From: Phoronis australis | Taxonomy: Eukaryota > Animalia > Phoronida | NCBI GenBank assembly: GCA_002633005.1 | Contig: NMRA01000027.1 | Location: 1,291,788 to 1,355,787, forward strand | Direction: 5' to 3' | Length of the DNA: 64,000 nucleotides | The notes under the pieces: generated by a model | The model's database searches: none | What the model was told of the DNA's origin: nothing | Seen by the model: only the letters and a program-made list of their open reading frames with translations | Made by a program: the position numbers and the translations under genes | Shown here: piece by piece, positions 38,801 through 50,100 of the stretch | Layout of the letters: each line of letters starts with the position of its first letter | Numbering within the stretch: the stretch's first letter is position 1

Positions 38801-41800
38801 CTTGAAGTAATAGTAACTAATTCTGGAGTCTGATAAACCCATTAATTTCAAGTTTGTCCAACATCAGACTTTGAGTCACACTAAAGTCACCCATACAGAG
38901 GTCCGTCTATAACTCACAGTTGATCAGTAGATTAATGCATCGTAAGTCTCCGTAGGAATTAAAAATGTTGACACCAGACCACAGAGTGATGCAAGCAGAA
39001 AATGCAGCGATGCATAACTTCAAAATATGGACCCATCACGGTAGTGAGGGATAAAACATCGTTTTTCTAGTTAATAAATTAGTTTGTGGACACGAGGCAG
39101 ATATTCAGTTAATGAGCACCTGAGGGACATGTATTCTGAACTTCGCACCTGCCTCACGTGTCTGTGCCATTGTAGCAGAAAACAAGATAATTAGCAATTT
39201 TAACATTGATATCGGATACGGGTTTAGAAAATTCAACTTGGCTCATTTCACAACACCTTACACATGTCCATAGATCTGAGAAAGAACCGCTGACATCATC
39301 GATTCTCATGAACATTAATCAAAGTTCATTTTTGGGGGCAGAGCAATTAGCATTACGGATGACTTTACAGTTCAATGAAACACTGGCTGAAATAAACAAC
39401 AATCATACGTCGAAACTAACACTTTTTTAACTGTTTGGCATCTGAAATTGAATTCTTTATGAAAAGTTCTAAGGTAAGTAAAATTTTCCTAGAAGAAATA
39501 CGATGAACATAGGCTAAAACAATGTCTAGGTAAAAGTTTGGATTCGGTTTGTTGACCAGTATACTGGACAGGTACTTTCACTTTGATGTATTTGTGGTAC
39601 ATGTGTGAGTGGTGATGCGGGACATAAGACTGCACCAACTCACATAGAATATCATCAAATCTAGCTCAGGATGATCACACAATAACAACAGATAAGACGT
39701 CTGTTTCTTAGAGTAAGATGTAGATTAAGACGTTTCATTTTATCAAACATCAACCAGGCATTAACTTTAACCTTGAAAGCATTATTTTCAAATTTGAAAT
39801 AAAAATGCAGAAAAAGTTTGACTGATGGACTTGACCTTGGTAACATGAACTTTGGCTGAAGGTCACAAACTGTAGGCAAATTCAGACTAATAATTCTTCC
39901 CAAATAGTTGTTTTATTAATCATGGGCATCACATTGTTATGACTCTAAATTAGTTTTCGTGAAATCGCTTGTACCTATTTTGATAAAACATTTTGTACTC
40001 GTCTTGTAATGTGCAGGCGAAGTAATCCGTGACACCAGGTTCTCATGCATTATGCTGTATTCCATTTACATCAAACGTCTTGAGTTTGCCTCTTATTATA
40101 CAGTCAATCAGTGTGGAAAATGGTTCCAATCACTAACAAATTGACTGCATGATCTTTTGGTTGAGATTAAAAATGCATTCTTTACTACGTGGCTCACCTA
40201 CTAGTAGGTCACTCTACTAGGTCAAGGAGAAATTCCATAAAAATTCTTTCAGTCATTCAGCTGGAGCATTCAACATTCAACCAGCTGATGTAACAAGGAT
40301 ATACCAAGCCCAAGAACAACAACACAGGATAACGTTGAGATGAATTTAATTATTCCTTCAAAGTTCTTCCAGTCTTAAGTACATAACCTGTGAAGTGCTC
40401 TGCTATTGACGTGATCCGGAAGTGGCGTATTGCCACATAGACTGCTGTCACCTGGATTTGAAATGATCCATTCCTGATCATAGACCAAAAAATGAAACAA
40501 AACAAAAACAAAACGTGGAAGTAGAAAACTTTGATCAGCCTTTACTGTAGAAATAGAAAAAAGGAGAATCTTTGTAAAGTTCTTTCTGTCTAAGACTTTT
40601 TTCAGTTTTCAATTGAAGGCCAACTTTCACTTTCAGAACGGAATTCGTCAGCGAAGATCTTAATTGCTAATCTGCTAACAATCTATAGACAGTGTTTGGC
40701 TTTCTCTACTAAGCAGTTGAGGGTGATGCTCCCATAGACTTTCCTACGCCGGAAGCTTTTCGGGGAGTTATGCATCACACTGGTTAAAAAATCAAAGTCA
40801 TGTTGCTGTAAGTACATTTTGCGCATAGAGGGACATCTTAGGAGGCCGTCGATGTCTTTGATTCCTTCCAGCTCAAACAAATACCGTCGTAATCAAACTT
40901 TTTTAGCAGTTCTTTGTTCAGTTGCCCAAATTGGCAACTGGTCATTTTCACACTGCATGCGCCGGGGGATATGACATTACTCACAAGAAATTTTGAATAC
41001 ATGAGTATTTCGTTCGTGTGGTTTAATGGTTTAATATCTTAATAATCACCAAAATGCTTCGGGTGTATTGAAGCCTGAAGCAAGGTCCTGTTAGGCAATG
41101 ACCATCGCCTCTGTTGGCCCGAAGCAGAGGCGATACAGAGGCTATAGGCGCTCTGTATGCCGGAAGCTTTTCGGCGAATTATGCCTCGCACCGACTAAAC
41201 CGTCAAAGTCACGTTGTTATAAATACCTTTTGCGCATACAAGAACACCTTAGGAGGTTGTCGATGTGTTTAATTCCTTCCAACTCGAACAAATACTCCCG
41301 TTATGAAACTTTTTCTTCGAGTAGTCCCTATTTCAGTTCCCAAAATCGTGAAATCAACTTTTTCATTTTTTTAACCAGGCCGAAGGTCAGAAGTTGCGGA
41401 CCTACCGGCGAACTTTGAAAGCTGAAGTTCCTGCCCTTCGCGTACGTGCTGCCAGGAACCAGCCGTGCATTTGCCGTGTTGTTAAACATTAAAATGTCAA
41501 ATATGTGCACAAAGACTAGTAAATGTCATATCAACAGCATTTATTTTTATCAAATACAAACAATGATTCATTGAAATACAATCAGTTTCAAGTAACGCCA
41601 ATTAAAGACAAGTATAAGTGGTGGCATTTTGGAAACGAACATTTCACTGACAAGACCGCAATGGCTCACCTTTGGCCTATTTAAAGATTGAGGTCATGAA
41701 TTCACATCACCTAGCGAGCGCGGTAAAAATTGGAACGTGCGCAGTATAAAAATGGTGAGTTCACGATTTTGGGAACTGAAATAGGGACTGCTCGAAGAAA

Positions 41801-43851
41801 AAGTTTGATAATGGGAATATTTGTTCGAGTTGGAAGGAATTAAACACATCGACAACCTCCTCAGGTGTTCCTCTATGCGCAAAAGGTATTTATAACAACA
41901 TGACTTTGATGGTTTAGTCGGTGCGAGGCATATTTCGCCGAAAAGCTTCCGGCGTACAGAGCGCCTATAGTAGGGAGAACAGCATTTTTCAAAAATTTTA
42001 GAAAATGTGCATGTAATATACATCACGAGAAAGCCCTCTACAAGACCAAAAGAACGGTGCAAAAATTTTTTAAATCGGACTTACGGTTCCGGAGAAAATG
42101 GTGTTTTTGTGTCAAATNNNNNNNNNNNNNNNNNNNNNNNNNNNNNNNNNNNNNNNNNNNNNNNNNNNNNNNNNNNNNNNNNNNNNNNNNNNNNNNNNNN
42201 NNNNNNNNNNNNNNNNNNNNNNNNNNNNNNNNNNNNNNNNNNNNNNNNNNNNNNNNNNNNNNNNNNNNNNNNNNNNNNNNNNNNNNNNNNNNNNNNNNNN
42301 NNNNNNNNNNNNNNNNNNNNNNNNNNNNNNNNNNNNNNNNNNNNNNNNNNNNNNNNNNNNNNNNNNNNNNNNNNNNNNNNNNNNNNNNNNNNNNNNNNNN
42401 NNNNNNNNNNNNNNNNNNNNNNNNNNNNNNNNNNNNNNNNNNNNNNNNNNNNNNNNNNNNNNNNNNNNNNNNNNNNNNNNNNNNNNNNNNNNNNNNNNNN
42501 NNNNNNNNNNNNNNNNNNNNNNNNNNNNNNNNNNNNNNNNNNNNNNNNNNNNNNNNNNNNNNNNNNNNNNNNNNNNNNNNNNNNNNNNNNNNNNNNNNNN
42601 NNNNNNNNNNNNNNNNNNNNNNNNNNNNNNNNNNNNNNNNNNNNNNNNNNNNNNNNNNNNNNNNNNNNNNNNNNNNNNNNNNNNNNNNNNNNNNNNNNNN
42701 NNNNNNNNNNNNNNNNNNNNNNNNNNNNNNNNNNNNNNNNNNNNNNNNNNNNNNNNNNNNNNNNNNNNNNNNNNNNNNNNNNNNNNNNNNNNNNNNNNNN
42801 NNNNNNNNNNNNNNNNNNNNNNNNNNNNNNNNNGTGAGTCAGAAATACGCCCGATTGTCAGAAATCGACGAAGGGCCCGTTTGCAACAAGTGTTTGAAAT
42901 AGTTCATTGATGAACCCTTTAGTGCGCAATACGATTCATTATGTGCGCAAATTCGGAAATGTACCAATTAATTCAGGTCAAAGTTGAAGGTCGCGGGAAC
43001 TGGCAACTTTTTCAACTTTTAAGACCACGAAAGTGAAAAATACTTACGTAATAACGTGCGCAAGGGTTTCTTCTACAAGTTCACGAAGTTTCACGCCAAA
43101 ATTCGAGAGTTTAGTCTTCTCCTGAGTTGAAAATCAAATACCAGTTGTTTTTACCGGCTACCATTTTGCTTTGAAATGTCGGTCACGTTGCTGCAAAAAA
43201 CTCGTGCAAAGTATTATTAAACGGATTTTGCGGCGAAAAAAGACTAACATTTAAGTAAAATAACGTATTATTTCATACTTTGAAGTAATTTTTATTCACA
43301 TTTATTGCATTTTTGAGTGATTTTTTGCCGATTGTAATGTGCAAATTTTACACGGTGACAGATACGCGAAGCGATTTGGTGACGGCATGTTGTCCTCGCT
43401 ACCTATAGCCTCTGCATCGCCTCTGCTTCGGGCCAACAGAGGCGATGGTCATTGCCTAGGTCCTGTGGGAGCATCACGTTGCTTCTGAAAATCTGTCGTG
43501 GTTTGAGCTCATTACAGGCATATGTTTTATCTTAATGATCAAACAGTGACTAACAGGACTGAAAGAAGATTCCGACGTCCACAAGCTCACTTTGAGTCCC
43601 GTGAGCGAGCAGGTGATCCACGAAGTCCACTCTGCACTGGCAGTGCCACTGCCCAGAAACGACACTTCCGCATTTAACGACAGCCTACAACTTCTGTGTG
43701 ATAGCGAGCTGTCTTTTGTTTTACCACTTGCCCGTTAAAGTAGTTGTAAATTGTACGGCTTAAAGTATAACAAGAATATTACCTTCGCCTTTGTTCGTAT
43801 AAATTGCTTTGAAATGGCCTTTGCAAACACGCCAGCCTTCTGGTCCGCCAT
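20705..43851 (-). CDS. AMPH: Amphiphysin/BIN1-family N-BAR + SH3 protein, 12 coding exons, ~470 aa (gene span)
   Basis: Exons 43783-43851, 31380-31463, 29799-29853, 29169-29263, 27884-27979, 27405-27512, 26522-26607, 25574-25747, 24827-24888, 23926-24026, 21996-22295, 20705-20887. All have GT-AG boundaries with compatible phases and total 1413 nt. Protein reads [30 protein letters not shown]...[14 protein letters not shown]...[17 protein letters not shown] (N-BAR) and ends in an SH3 domain. Confidence 0.93.
21996..22295 (-). CDS. AMPH: Amphiphysin exon 11 (acidic, Tyr-rich linker leading into SH3)
   Basis: [13 protein letters not shown]...LPAGVLYQ; the LPxGVLY motif precedes the amphiphysin SH3; 300 nt. 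Confidence 0.82.
23926..24026 (-). CDS. AMPH: Amphiphysin exon 10 (linker)
   Basis: [34 protein letters not shown]; CAG acceptor, GT donor; phase 1 to 0. Confidence 0.7.
24827..24888 (-). CDS. AMPH: Amphiphysin exon 9 (Ser-rich linker)
   Basis: [20 protein letters not shown]; CAG acceptor, GTAAGT donor; phases fit both neighbours. Confidence 0.7.
25574..25747 (-). CDS. AMPH: Amphiphysin exon 8 (end of BAR domain)
   Basis: [26 protein letters not shown]...; TAG acceptor, GTAAGT donor; 174 nt. Confidence 0.9.
26214..26346. repeat. ~130-bp imperfect palindrome (hairpin/mini-MITE) in amphiphysin intron 7
   Basis: CACTTGATTGACT / AGTCAATCAAGTG and GCTAAGACATCTG / CAGACGTCTTAGC arms. Confidence 0.7.
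26522..26607 (-). CDS. AMPH: Amphiphysin exon 7
   Basis: [28 protein letters not shown]; 86 nt. Confidence 0.92.
27405..27512 (-). CDS. AMPH: Amphiphysin exon 6
   Basis: [36 protein letters not shown]; 108 nt. Confidence 0.92.
27884..27979 (-). CDS. AMPH: Amphiphysin exon 5
   Basis: [32 protein letters not shown]; 96 nt. Confidence 0.9.
28824..28979 (+). mobile_element. ~156-bp dispersed MITE with 5-bp TSD (GTGTC)
   Basis: Same family as 13959-14116; GTGTC immediately on both sides. Confidence 0.78.
29169..29263 (-). CDS. AMPH: Amphiphysin exon 4
   Basis: [32 protein letters not shown] (YEPEW BAR motif); 95 nt. Confidence 0.9.
29799..29853 (-). CDS. AMPH: Amphiphysin exon 3
   Basis: [18 protein letters not shown]; TAG acceptor, GT donor; 55 nt. 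Confidence 0.88.
31380..31463 (-). CDS. AMPH: Amphiphysin exon 2
   Basis: [28 protein letters not shown]; CAG acceptor, GT donor; 84 nt. Confidence 0.9.
33382..33567. repeat. Direct tandem duplication, period 95 bp, 2 copies
   Basis: AAAGTGATGTGAATGGCCCAGC...GAGCACCATGAA occurs twice. Confidence 0.95.
34460..35293. mobile_element. Internally deleted Kolobok-like element in amphiphysin intron 1
   Basis: Long TIRs (~140 bp) starting AGGCGAAGGCAACCT, with TTAA on both flanks. Minus-strand remnants [10 protein letters not shown] (THAP start) and [11 protein letters not shown] (Cys motif). Confidence 0.8.
40733..40935 (+). repeat. Diverged solo copy of the TIR of the nested MITE family
   Basis: CGCCGGAAGCTTTTCGG...TCAAAGTCATGTTG...TTTTGCGCATAGAGG...GTCGATGT...ATTCCTTCCA shared with 41147-41350. 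Confidence 0.7.
41147..41965. mobile_element. MITE with ~210-bp TIRs nested in the left end of the hAT-like element
   Basis: GGCGCTCTGTATGCCGGAAGCTTTTCGGCG... mirrored at 41755-41965; TATA on both flanks. Confidence 0.82.
42118..42833. other. Assembly gap
   Basis: Run of N. Confidence 1.
43783..43851 (-). CDS. AMPH: Amphiphysin exon 1 (amphipathic helix 0)
   Basis: [23 protein letters not shown] followed by a GTAATA donor; 69 nt. Confidence 0.9.
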
Positions 43852-44077
43852 TTTCTTAATGTGTTGACAGATGGCGCTTCCTAAGACTAACCCTCAACCA
43901 ATGAAAATCCAAAAAATTACCAACTGCTTGACAGTTCTTCGTTGACGGCCATATTGAAATCATGCCGGTGATCTAAATCGCTGACTAACCAACACACATT
44001 TTCTTTAGAAAACTGTCGTCGTCGGAGTTTTGGGACAAATTCATTCTAGAAAAAAGAATCAACGTGCGTATAATAAA
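43852..44077. promoter_or_regulatory. Compact bidirectional promoter and 5'UTRs between amphiphysin and PSMD3
   Basis: Divergent ATGs 226 bp apart. YY1-like motifs CCGCCATTTT (43845-43854, overlapping the amphiphysin ATG) and AGATGGCG (43869-43876); CCAAT at 43898-43902. Confidence 0.7.
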
Positions 44078-44192
44078 ATGGTCAAGCAACCGAAAGAAAG
44101 CGTGGCGGATGTAGAAATGAAAGATGATGCAAAAAAGGACAAAGAAACAGAAGAAGAACCGAAAAAACATCCCGATATTCTGACGTTGGAGG
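44078..44192 (+). CDS. PSMD3: PSMD3 exon 1
   Basis: [17 protein letters not shown]...HPDILTLE; GTAAAG donor. Confidence 0.88.
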
Positions 44193-47100
44193 GTAAAGGG
44201 ATTTTAAAATTAGCAGTTTATTCTTATTCCTGTCATTGATATGCTTTTCAGCACATATTACCTTCATATTAAAAGTTGATGGCCAAATTTCATCACAAGA
44301 TGATAAATCTGCGAAGTTCTGACATTTCTGTGAGCCTGGGCCTGGGGCTGGTCGTAAAGTTCAACGTCACAGTCGGATACTGTGTACCTAATTATCGGAC
44401 GGACCCCAAATATCGGACATTACATAAAATCTTCCTTGAAGCATAATCTGAGAAATATATGACACAAATTTTTGTTCCGCTGTAATGCATTCAATGTCCG
44501 GCACTGTCTCGTTTTTTTTCTAGCGTTGCCTCGTTTTGATTTTACCAAGAGAGGGTGCAATTTAGACCCCCAAGTCAGCCTTAAAATGGTCGATCGCTTA
44601 AATCGGTTATAAAAGTTGAAAACAAAATCTTTTTCTACAATGAAATCATCTAATTGAACTAACAATATGTCACTGTTTCTGTGTTTCATTTTTTTCATTT
44701 GTTTTTAAGCTCAAGTCAAACCCTGGCCACGCACGTGCGTGTGTCATATTAAGAAGGCAAAGAGACACTAAAAACTTCAATGAGTTTTCATGCGCTTTAG
44801 TCGTCTGCTCTGATTCATCGAAACGACTCGGTACTGTCATCAGACTTCATGTTATGGACAATTTTTTTGCGAATGGAGCTGTTTTTAGCAGCATATGTCA
44901 AAACACTCAAGCTGAAATTTGGCTACAAGGTGCCCGCGGCCATTACTTGCTTAGTTAGTTCTCCGCAGTGTGGCGTATAGGGAAACATGGTGTCCGATCT
45001 TTAGGTTTTACGTAGGTTTGCTATTTGTGTTTTTTAAAGATCAGTCGGAACATAAATATGGCTTTTGGTGACAAGATATAGTAACACAACAATTCTATAA
45101 AGGTAAGCCATTTATTTCAGCAAAGAATTTACAACAATCCGTAGTATTTTCCGTTAAATTTAATGCAAAATGTGCCAAAACATCCGATAATTAGGTCACT
45201 TGACTTTATAATGGAGACCGATTTAGAGAACCAGTTTCATCTACTAAATAACGGCTGGGTCCATTATATGCGACTAGTGTTGAGTTCAACTTCAATAGCT
45301 GTCTCGCTAAAAAAATGTAGCCAAAATCACATGCTTTCATTGAAAATAAACGACAATAATTCGCGCAATTTCCCAACATCTTGCTTTTTAGCGAGGACTT
45401 AGCGTTACTGAACTCTACCTCGGAATCAGAAGAGAAGCATGAGGGTGTCCTGTCTGAGTCCCCGCTTCTTGAACAAAGCAAACGAGTGCTTGAGATTACT
45501 CTCGATAGTTAGTTCGCTTAGAAATCCCAAGGTGGCGTCTGACATGGCATTAGAGTGTCAAGGCAATTACCTTGTCTTGATACTGAGTGAGGCGCACAGC
45601 GCCAAAGGAGGGGAGGTCTGGAGAGGAGGGGTGGTCGGGAGAGGAGGGGAGGTCGGGAGAGGGGGGTTTCCGCCCTCTCGCTGAGGAAAAAATTGTAATT
45701 TAACTGCCCTCCCGCTGAGAGAAAAATTGTAATTTATATAAAATATGTCATTTTCCTTGCATTTTAGCACAGTTTGCATTTTTTTCGTGTTCAAAGAACG
45801 GCAAAGAAGGAAAATGAGCCATTAAGAGGCAGTCCATATAAAATCTGTAGATTTTCAAAAATCAGTCTACACATCAAAATTCAAAACATTCTTCATTTTT
45901 TGCACATGGATAGGTATCCTAACAAAATCTAAATGCCGCATTTTGTGCACTCAGTGACCCCTAATGTTGCGGCTGGAGCACTAGACTGCAATTGGTCATA
46001 TTATCCGTCTCCGAAATTGTATGTTTTCAGCTACAAAAATAAGTAACTTACAAAATAGACTGAAAGTTGTACATTGGTGCCTGAAATAACCAATGTATAC
46101 TGTATAATTATTTGGCATTTACTCAAATTTGATGGCTTTGTATTAGACAGGGGAAATAATCCACAGGCCACTTTCCCTAACTAATTTTAGTGGCCATTTT
46201 TGTGACCCTTTTATTGCCATATTGCACCTTGTAGCTTTATGTAACTTTTTGAACTTACAAGCTAAAGAGTAAATCTTGATGACTGACCAAAATATATTTT
46301 GCCTCAACTCTACATTTAGTGAAAATTGTCTTGCAAAACTGTCGATTTTGGAAATGATTCAGCATTGTTTACAGACAAATTGAATGAAATTTTGAACAAG
46401 AAATCTGCTTTAAACTGTTATAAAAATCAAGTCTAAAGTCTTTCAATTGAAAACAGGTTGTTTTCTGGATGTTTTATGCGGTCAGTATCAAAATTGAACC
46501 CGATGACCTTTGTCCAGTGGGTCAGTTGACATTAGGTTTGAGGATATATAAAAAACTTGTACATGTAACCTTCTTGTTTCTTCCATTATCATTTATTTGA
46601 CAATTGCAGACCAATTAAATGGAAATAAATCCCTTTGAAGTTTGAATTTCTACAGGAGTCCTGATGTTTTCTATCCCATCACTTACGGAATGTTTACCTG
46701 AGTTTGTAATTTATTAAGATATATTTCCAGGTATATATATTTTGTGTTTGCTTGCCCTACCTCAGTTTAACCGAATCCCTGTTACTAATGAAGAACGCAT
46801 ATGATCAGAAACAGTAGAGGCACGTGTTTCATGGTCTGATCTTGGCCAATTTTTGTTTCGATCAATTCCGACTTCCATCTGTTGTAATTTGGGCGCGTGT
46901 TTGATATTGTGCTGACTGCTGAGGGTGGCAAATGCACTCATTTCGCTAAATAAGCATCTAGGTAATCGTTATATTAATTTAAAGTATGGAAGTCGCCAAG
47001 TGTTGTTTTTGGTAAGTATCTGCATCAGTTTTGAAAGTGTAGAGTGAGCTGTTGTTATCTGGGTCACACTCAATTTCATTTCAGATCTCAAGGAGCATGT

Positions 47101-50100
47101 CCACTACATAGAGAAGGCTGTTGTTATCTGGGTCACACTCAATTTCATTTCAGATCTCAAGGAGCATGTCCACTACATAGAGAAGGCTGTTGCGCTAAAG
47201 GAGCCTCGTTACGTTACACGTGTCACCCGTGCACTGGTTACGACCAGGCGCAGGTTAAACCACAGTGTGCTACGCAGGGCCATCATGGGCTGGTTCCCAC
47301 CTAGTAACACCCAGAGGGACTCTCTTCTATCATTTTTACCTGAGGTAACTTCTTAGACAATTGCTAGGTCATGGCGTTTCTTGTTTTTTTTTGTCTGTTC
47401 TGCTTACTGCTAGCTGTGCTAGAAGTCAAGGTGATATGTGAGTCATGTTTATGTTTTTCTAGGCTCTCTATTTCAAACGGGTTGCTTGAACTATTTGATG
47501 ATTTATGAGATATTAAATCTATAAGATATGAAATTGTCAGTTAGAATTCTCTCTGAGCAAAAGTCCTAGTGAGGCGGAAATTGCTGGTGCTGTTGTTGTT
47601 TTGTGCTTTCTGCTGATTCTCAGTTAAACAAATATGTCCACACATTATTTTCACTTGATGAGTTCTTCTCTTTGCATCATGTTATTGGATGAATGCTGGT
47701 CATTCCTAATTAAGGTAATAGTTCAACCCTTACACTAGTGGATTTCTTACACACTACCTTCCCAGTGACGATTGAATTTTGTGAAACCTACGTAGGGCAG
47801 CGAAAATACTTTAAAACTACTTAGTATTTTTTGTTTTAATTTTGCAGAAGCTATATGTACTTTGTCAAGTATTCCAAATTTTGTATACCAAATCAGAAAA
47901 AAACTAACTATTCTTAGTAAAATTTCACACTCGGAAAATCTTGACATGGCTCATTATAGTTTTGTTCATTGATGGTGTTTACAGCTGTTTGTTGCCTCGT
48001 TTAAGAGAATATAGATGAAGATGAAACTGATACTGCAGTTGGTAAGCAGTAACATTGGTCACCAGGCACGGCACTTGCGAAGTCACTGGAAGACAACATT
48101 AGCAGTGAACTACTTGAATCAAATGCCACAACGTTCATTTTTTTGTGGAAAACGTTGATCAATGTTTGAACTGGTCTTGATTTTATACTCACAATTATTC
48201 TTAGGATACACCGGCTGTCAACGGAATGGCATCTCCGTTTCGTCCGAGGTCGGCCAAGAACATGCAGTCGCCACTTCTTCCAGAAATAGACATCTACCTT
48301 CACCTGTTGGTACTAGTACATTTGATTGACAGCAAGCGATATGAAGAGGTATGAGAACCAGTGTCAAAAAGGTGGTGTGAAATTGCTCTTCTTGATGCTT
48401 CAGACGAGGATCCAGGATTTTTATCCTAAGCGATCTGAGAGTATGCAAACGTGAGGGGTGGTGGAGAATCCTCTGTTACAGCAATTTGAAAGTGATTGAG
48501 CCGGGGGTTCCAGACTACTCCTTTGGTTCTGCACCTGTACTTAACCATGAAAGTTGTCTTTGATTTATTGTCTAGGTATCGAGTAATAAATTCCTATCCG
48601 TTTCTGTGCAGGCCGTCAATTGCTCGGATTCCCTAATGGAGAAAGTGTGCAGTCAGAACAGGAGAACGCTAGATGTGCTGGCTGCAAAGTGTTACTTCTA
48701 TCACTCACGCGCCTATGAGCTCACAGACCAGATTGAGAAAATAAGGAGGTATACATGATTGAAGAGCATGAGTCATGGTCAGGTGATCAGTATAGTGCCA
48801 TAATCACGCTTGGTGTATCGCACAGTTTCAGGCCACCTTTTAATTGAAGAGCATGCTTGATGAAGCAATCTGACCATCATGGTTGATTGTCAGTTATCTG
48901 GTTACTCAGAAGGTGGCTCTGCTGTCCATCTGATTAGTGGGTTGATTGAGGCACTATTTGTCCAGATGTGACGCAGTTCTACAGTACACACTTAAAGAGT
49001 TACATGTTTAGACAGTCTTTGCCAGATGTATCCTTAATCTCCCTACCTTCAAATTGGGTGAGTCAGCATTGATTGTCTTCTTGTTTCCAGTTTCCTTCAT
49101 GCGCGTCTGCGCACGTGCACGCTACGGTCGGACCATGAAGGCCAAGCGTCTATATTGAATCTACTCTTAAGAAACTATCTCCTGTTTAACCTGTTCGACC
49201 AGGCTGACAAGCTCGTCTCAAAGTCCACGTTTCCTGACAATGCGTCAAACAACGAGTGTGCACGATTTCTGTATTATATGGGTAAGTTCTGGAGGATGGG
49301 TTCTGGTGGGTGGTTCTGGTGGATGGGTTCTGGTGGGTAGTTCGACTATATTGCCATGATACACTGATTTCCTGATTACAGAGAATACTTCAGTTGTTTT
49401 GAGTATTGTGGTAGTAAACTGTCAAGAAATTAATTTGTCTTTTTGTGTGTGTGGTTTAAAATGATTTAATCGACAGCCACTATGGGATTTACATTTGTGA
49501 TGTTGACAAGGTACCTAAACTGCACAGTTAACGGACTGTAAAACACCGTGTTGGACACAAAATCATGACTCACCTACCTGCAAATACTGTTCACTGACTC
49601 AAGTACACAAATCACTCGTCGAAGAAGCATGTTGACGGGCTCACATTCACTTAGAAGCACAACACACATACAGACTGCCAAACATGCTTCACTCTGATAA
49701 AGCATGATGAATACACGGTCACGGATTCATCGGCTTCCATTGTAAGTAGTGCGAAGTAGTGATTTTTACTACGCAGATAGGAGTTTGATCAACCGTCATG
49801 TATGTGATTTTAGTACAAAAATACAATTAGAACTAACTGGCCTGGAACATGCTTTAAATCACAGGCAGATAAGGTTGATTGCCAAGTCATTCCACAGCAT
49901 TCACAAAAAACATTTTCCAACGCGGTGAGAGATGAATGAGAATGTGATGAATCATGGTATTCTTTTTCTAAACTACGTTTAGCCTGGCTGGTAAAACGTT
50001 GAGGCGTTGAAAAACGCTTTCTTGGAGAAGATCCAAAAGGTGAAATTGGCAAAAGAGCGAGTTCAGACGATGCATTTCATTTTAAGGAAAGCAAGATGCG

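Larger units (their letters stand above)
41092..43458. mobile_element. hAT-like DNA transposon (non-autonomous; spans an N gap)
   Basis: ~55-bp near-perfect TIR TAGGCAATGACCATCGCCTCTGTTGGCCCGAAGCAGAGGCGAT; perfect 8-bp TSD GGTCCTGT (41084-41091 and 43459-43466). Confidence 0.88.

Noticed and set aside
42007-42910. Long ORFs of 270-281 aa
   Set aside because: Made almost entirely of N (assembly gap).
43048-43164. Alternative first exon of amphiphysin (ATG...GTAAGT)
   Set aside because: It has an in-frame stop and lies inside the hAT-like element; the exon at 43783-43851 gives the expected helix 0.
48006-48041. Possible PSMD3 micro-exon ([11 protein letters not shown]) with a GTAAGC donor
   Set aside because: The strong donor gives a phase incompatible with exon 3, and exons 2 and 3 already join in frame.
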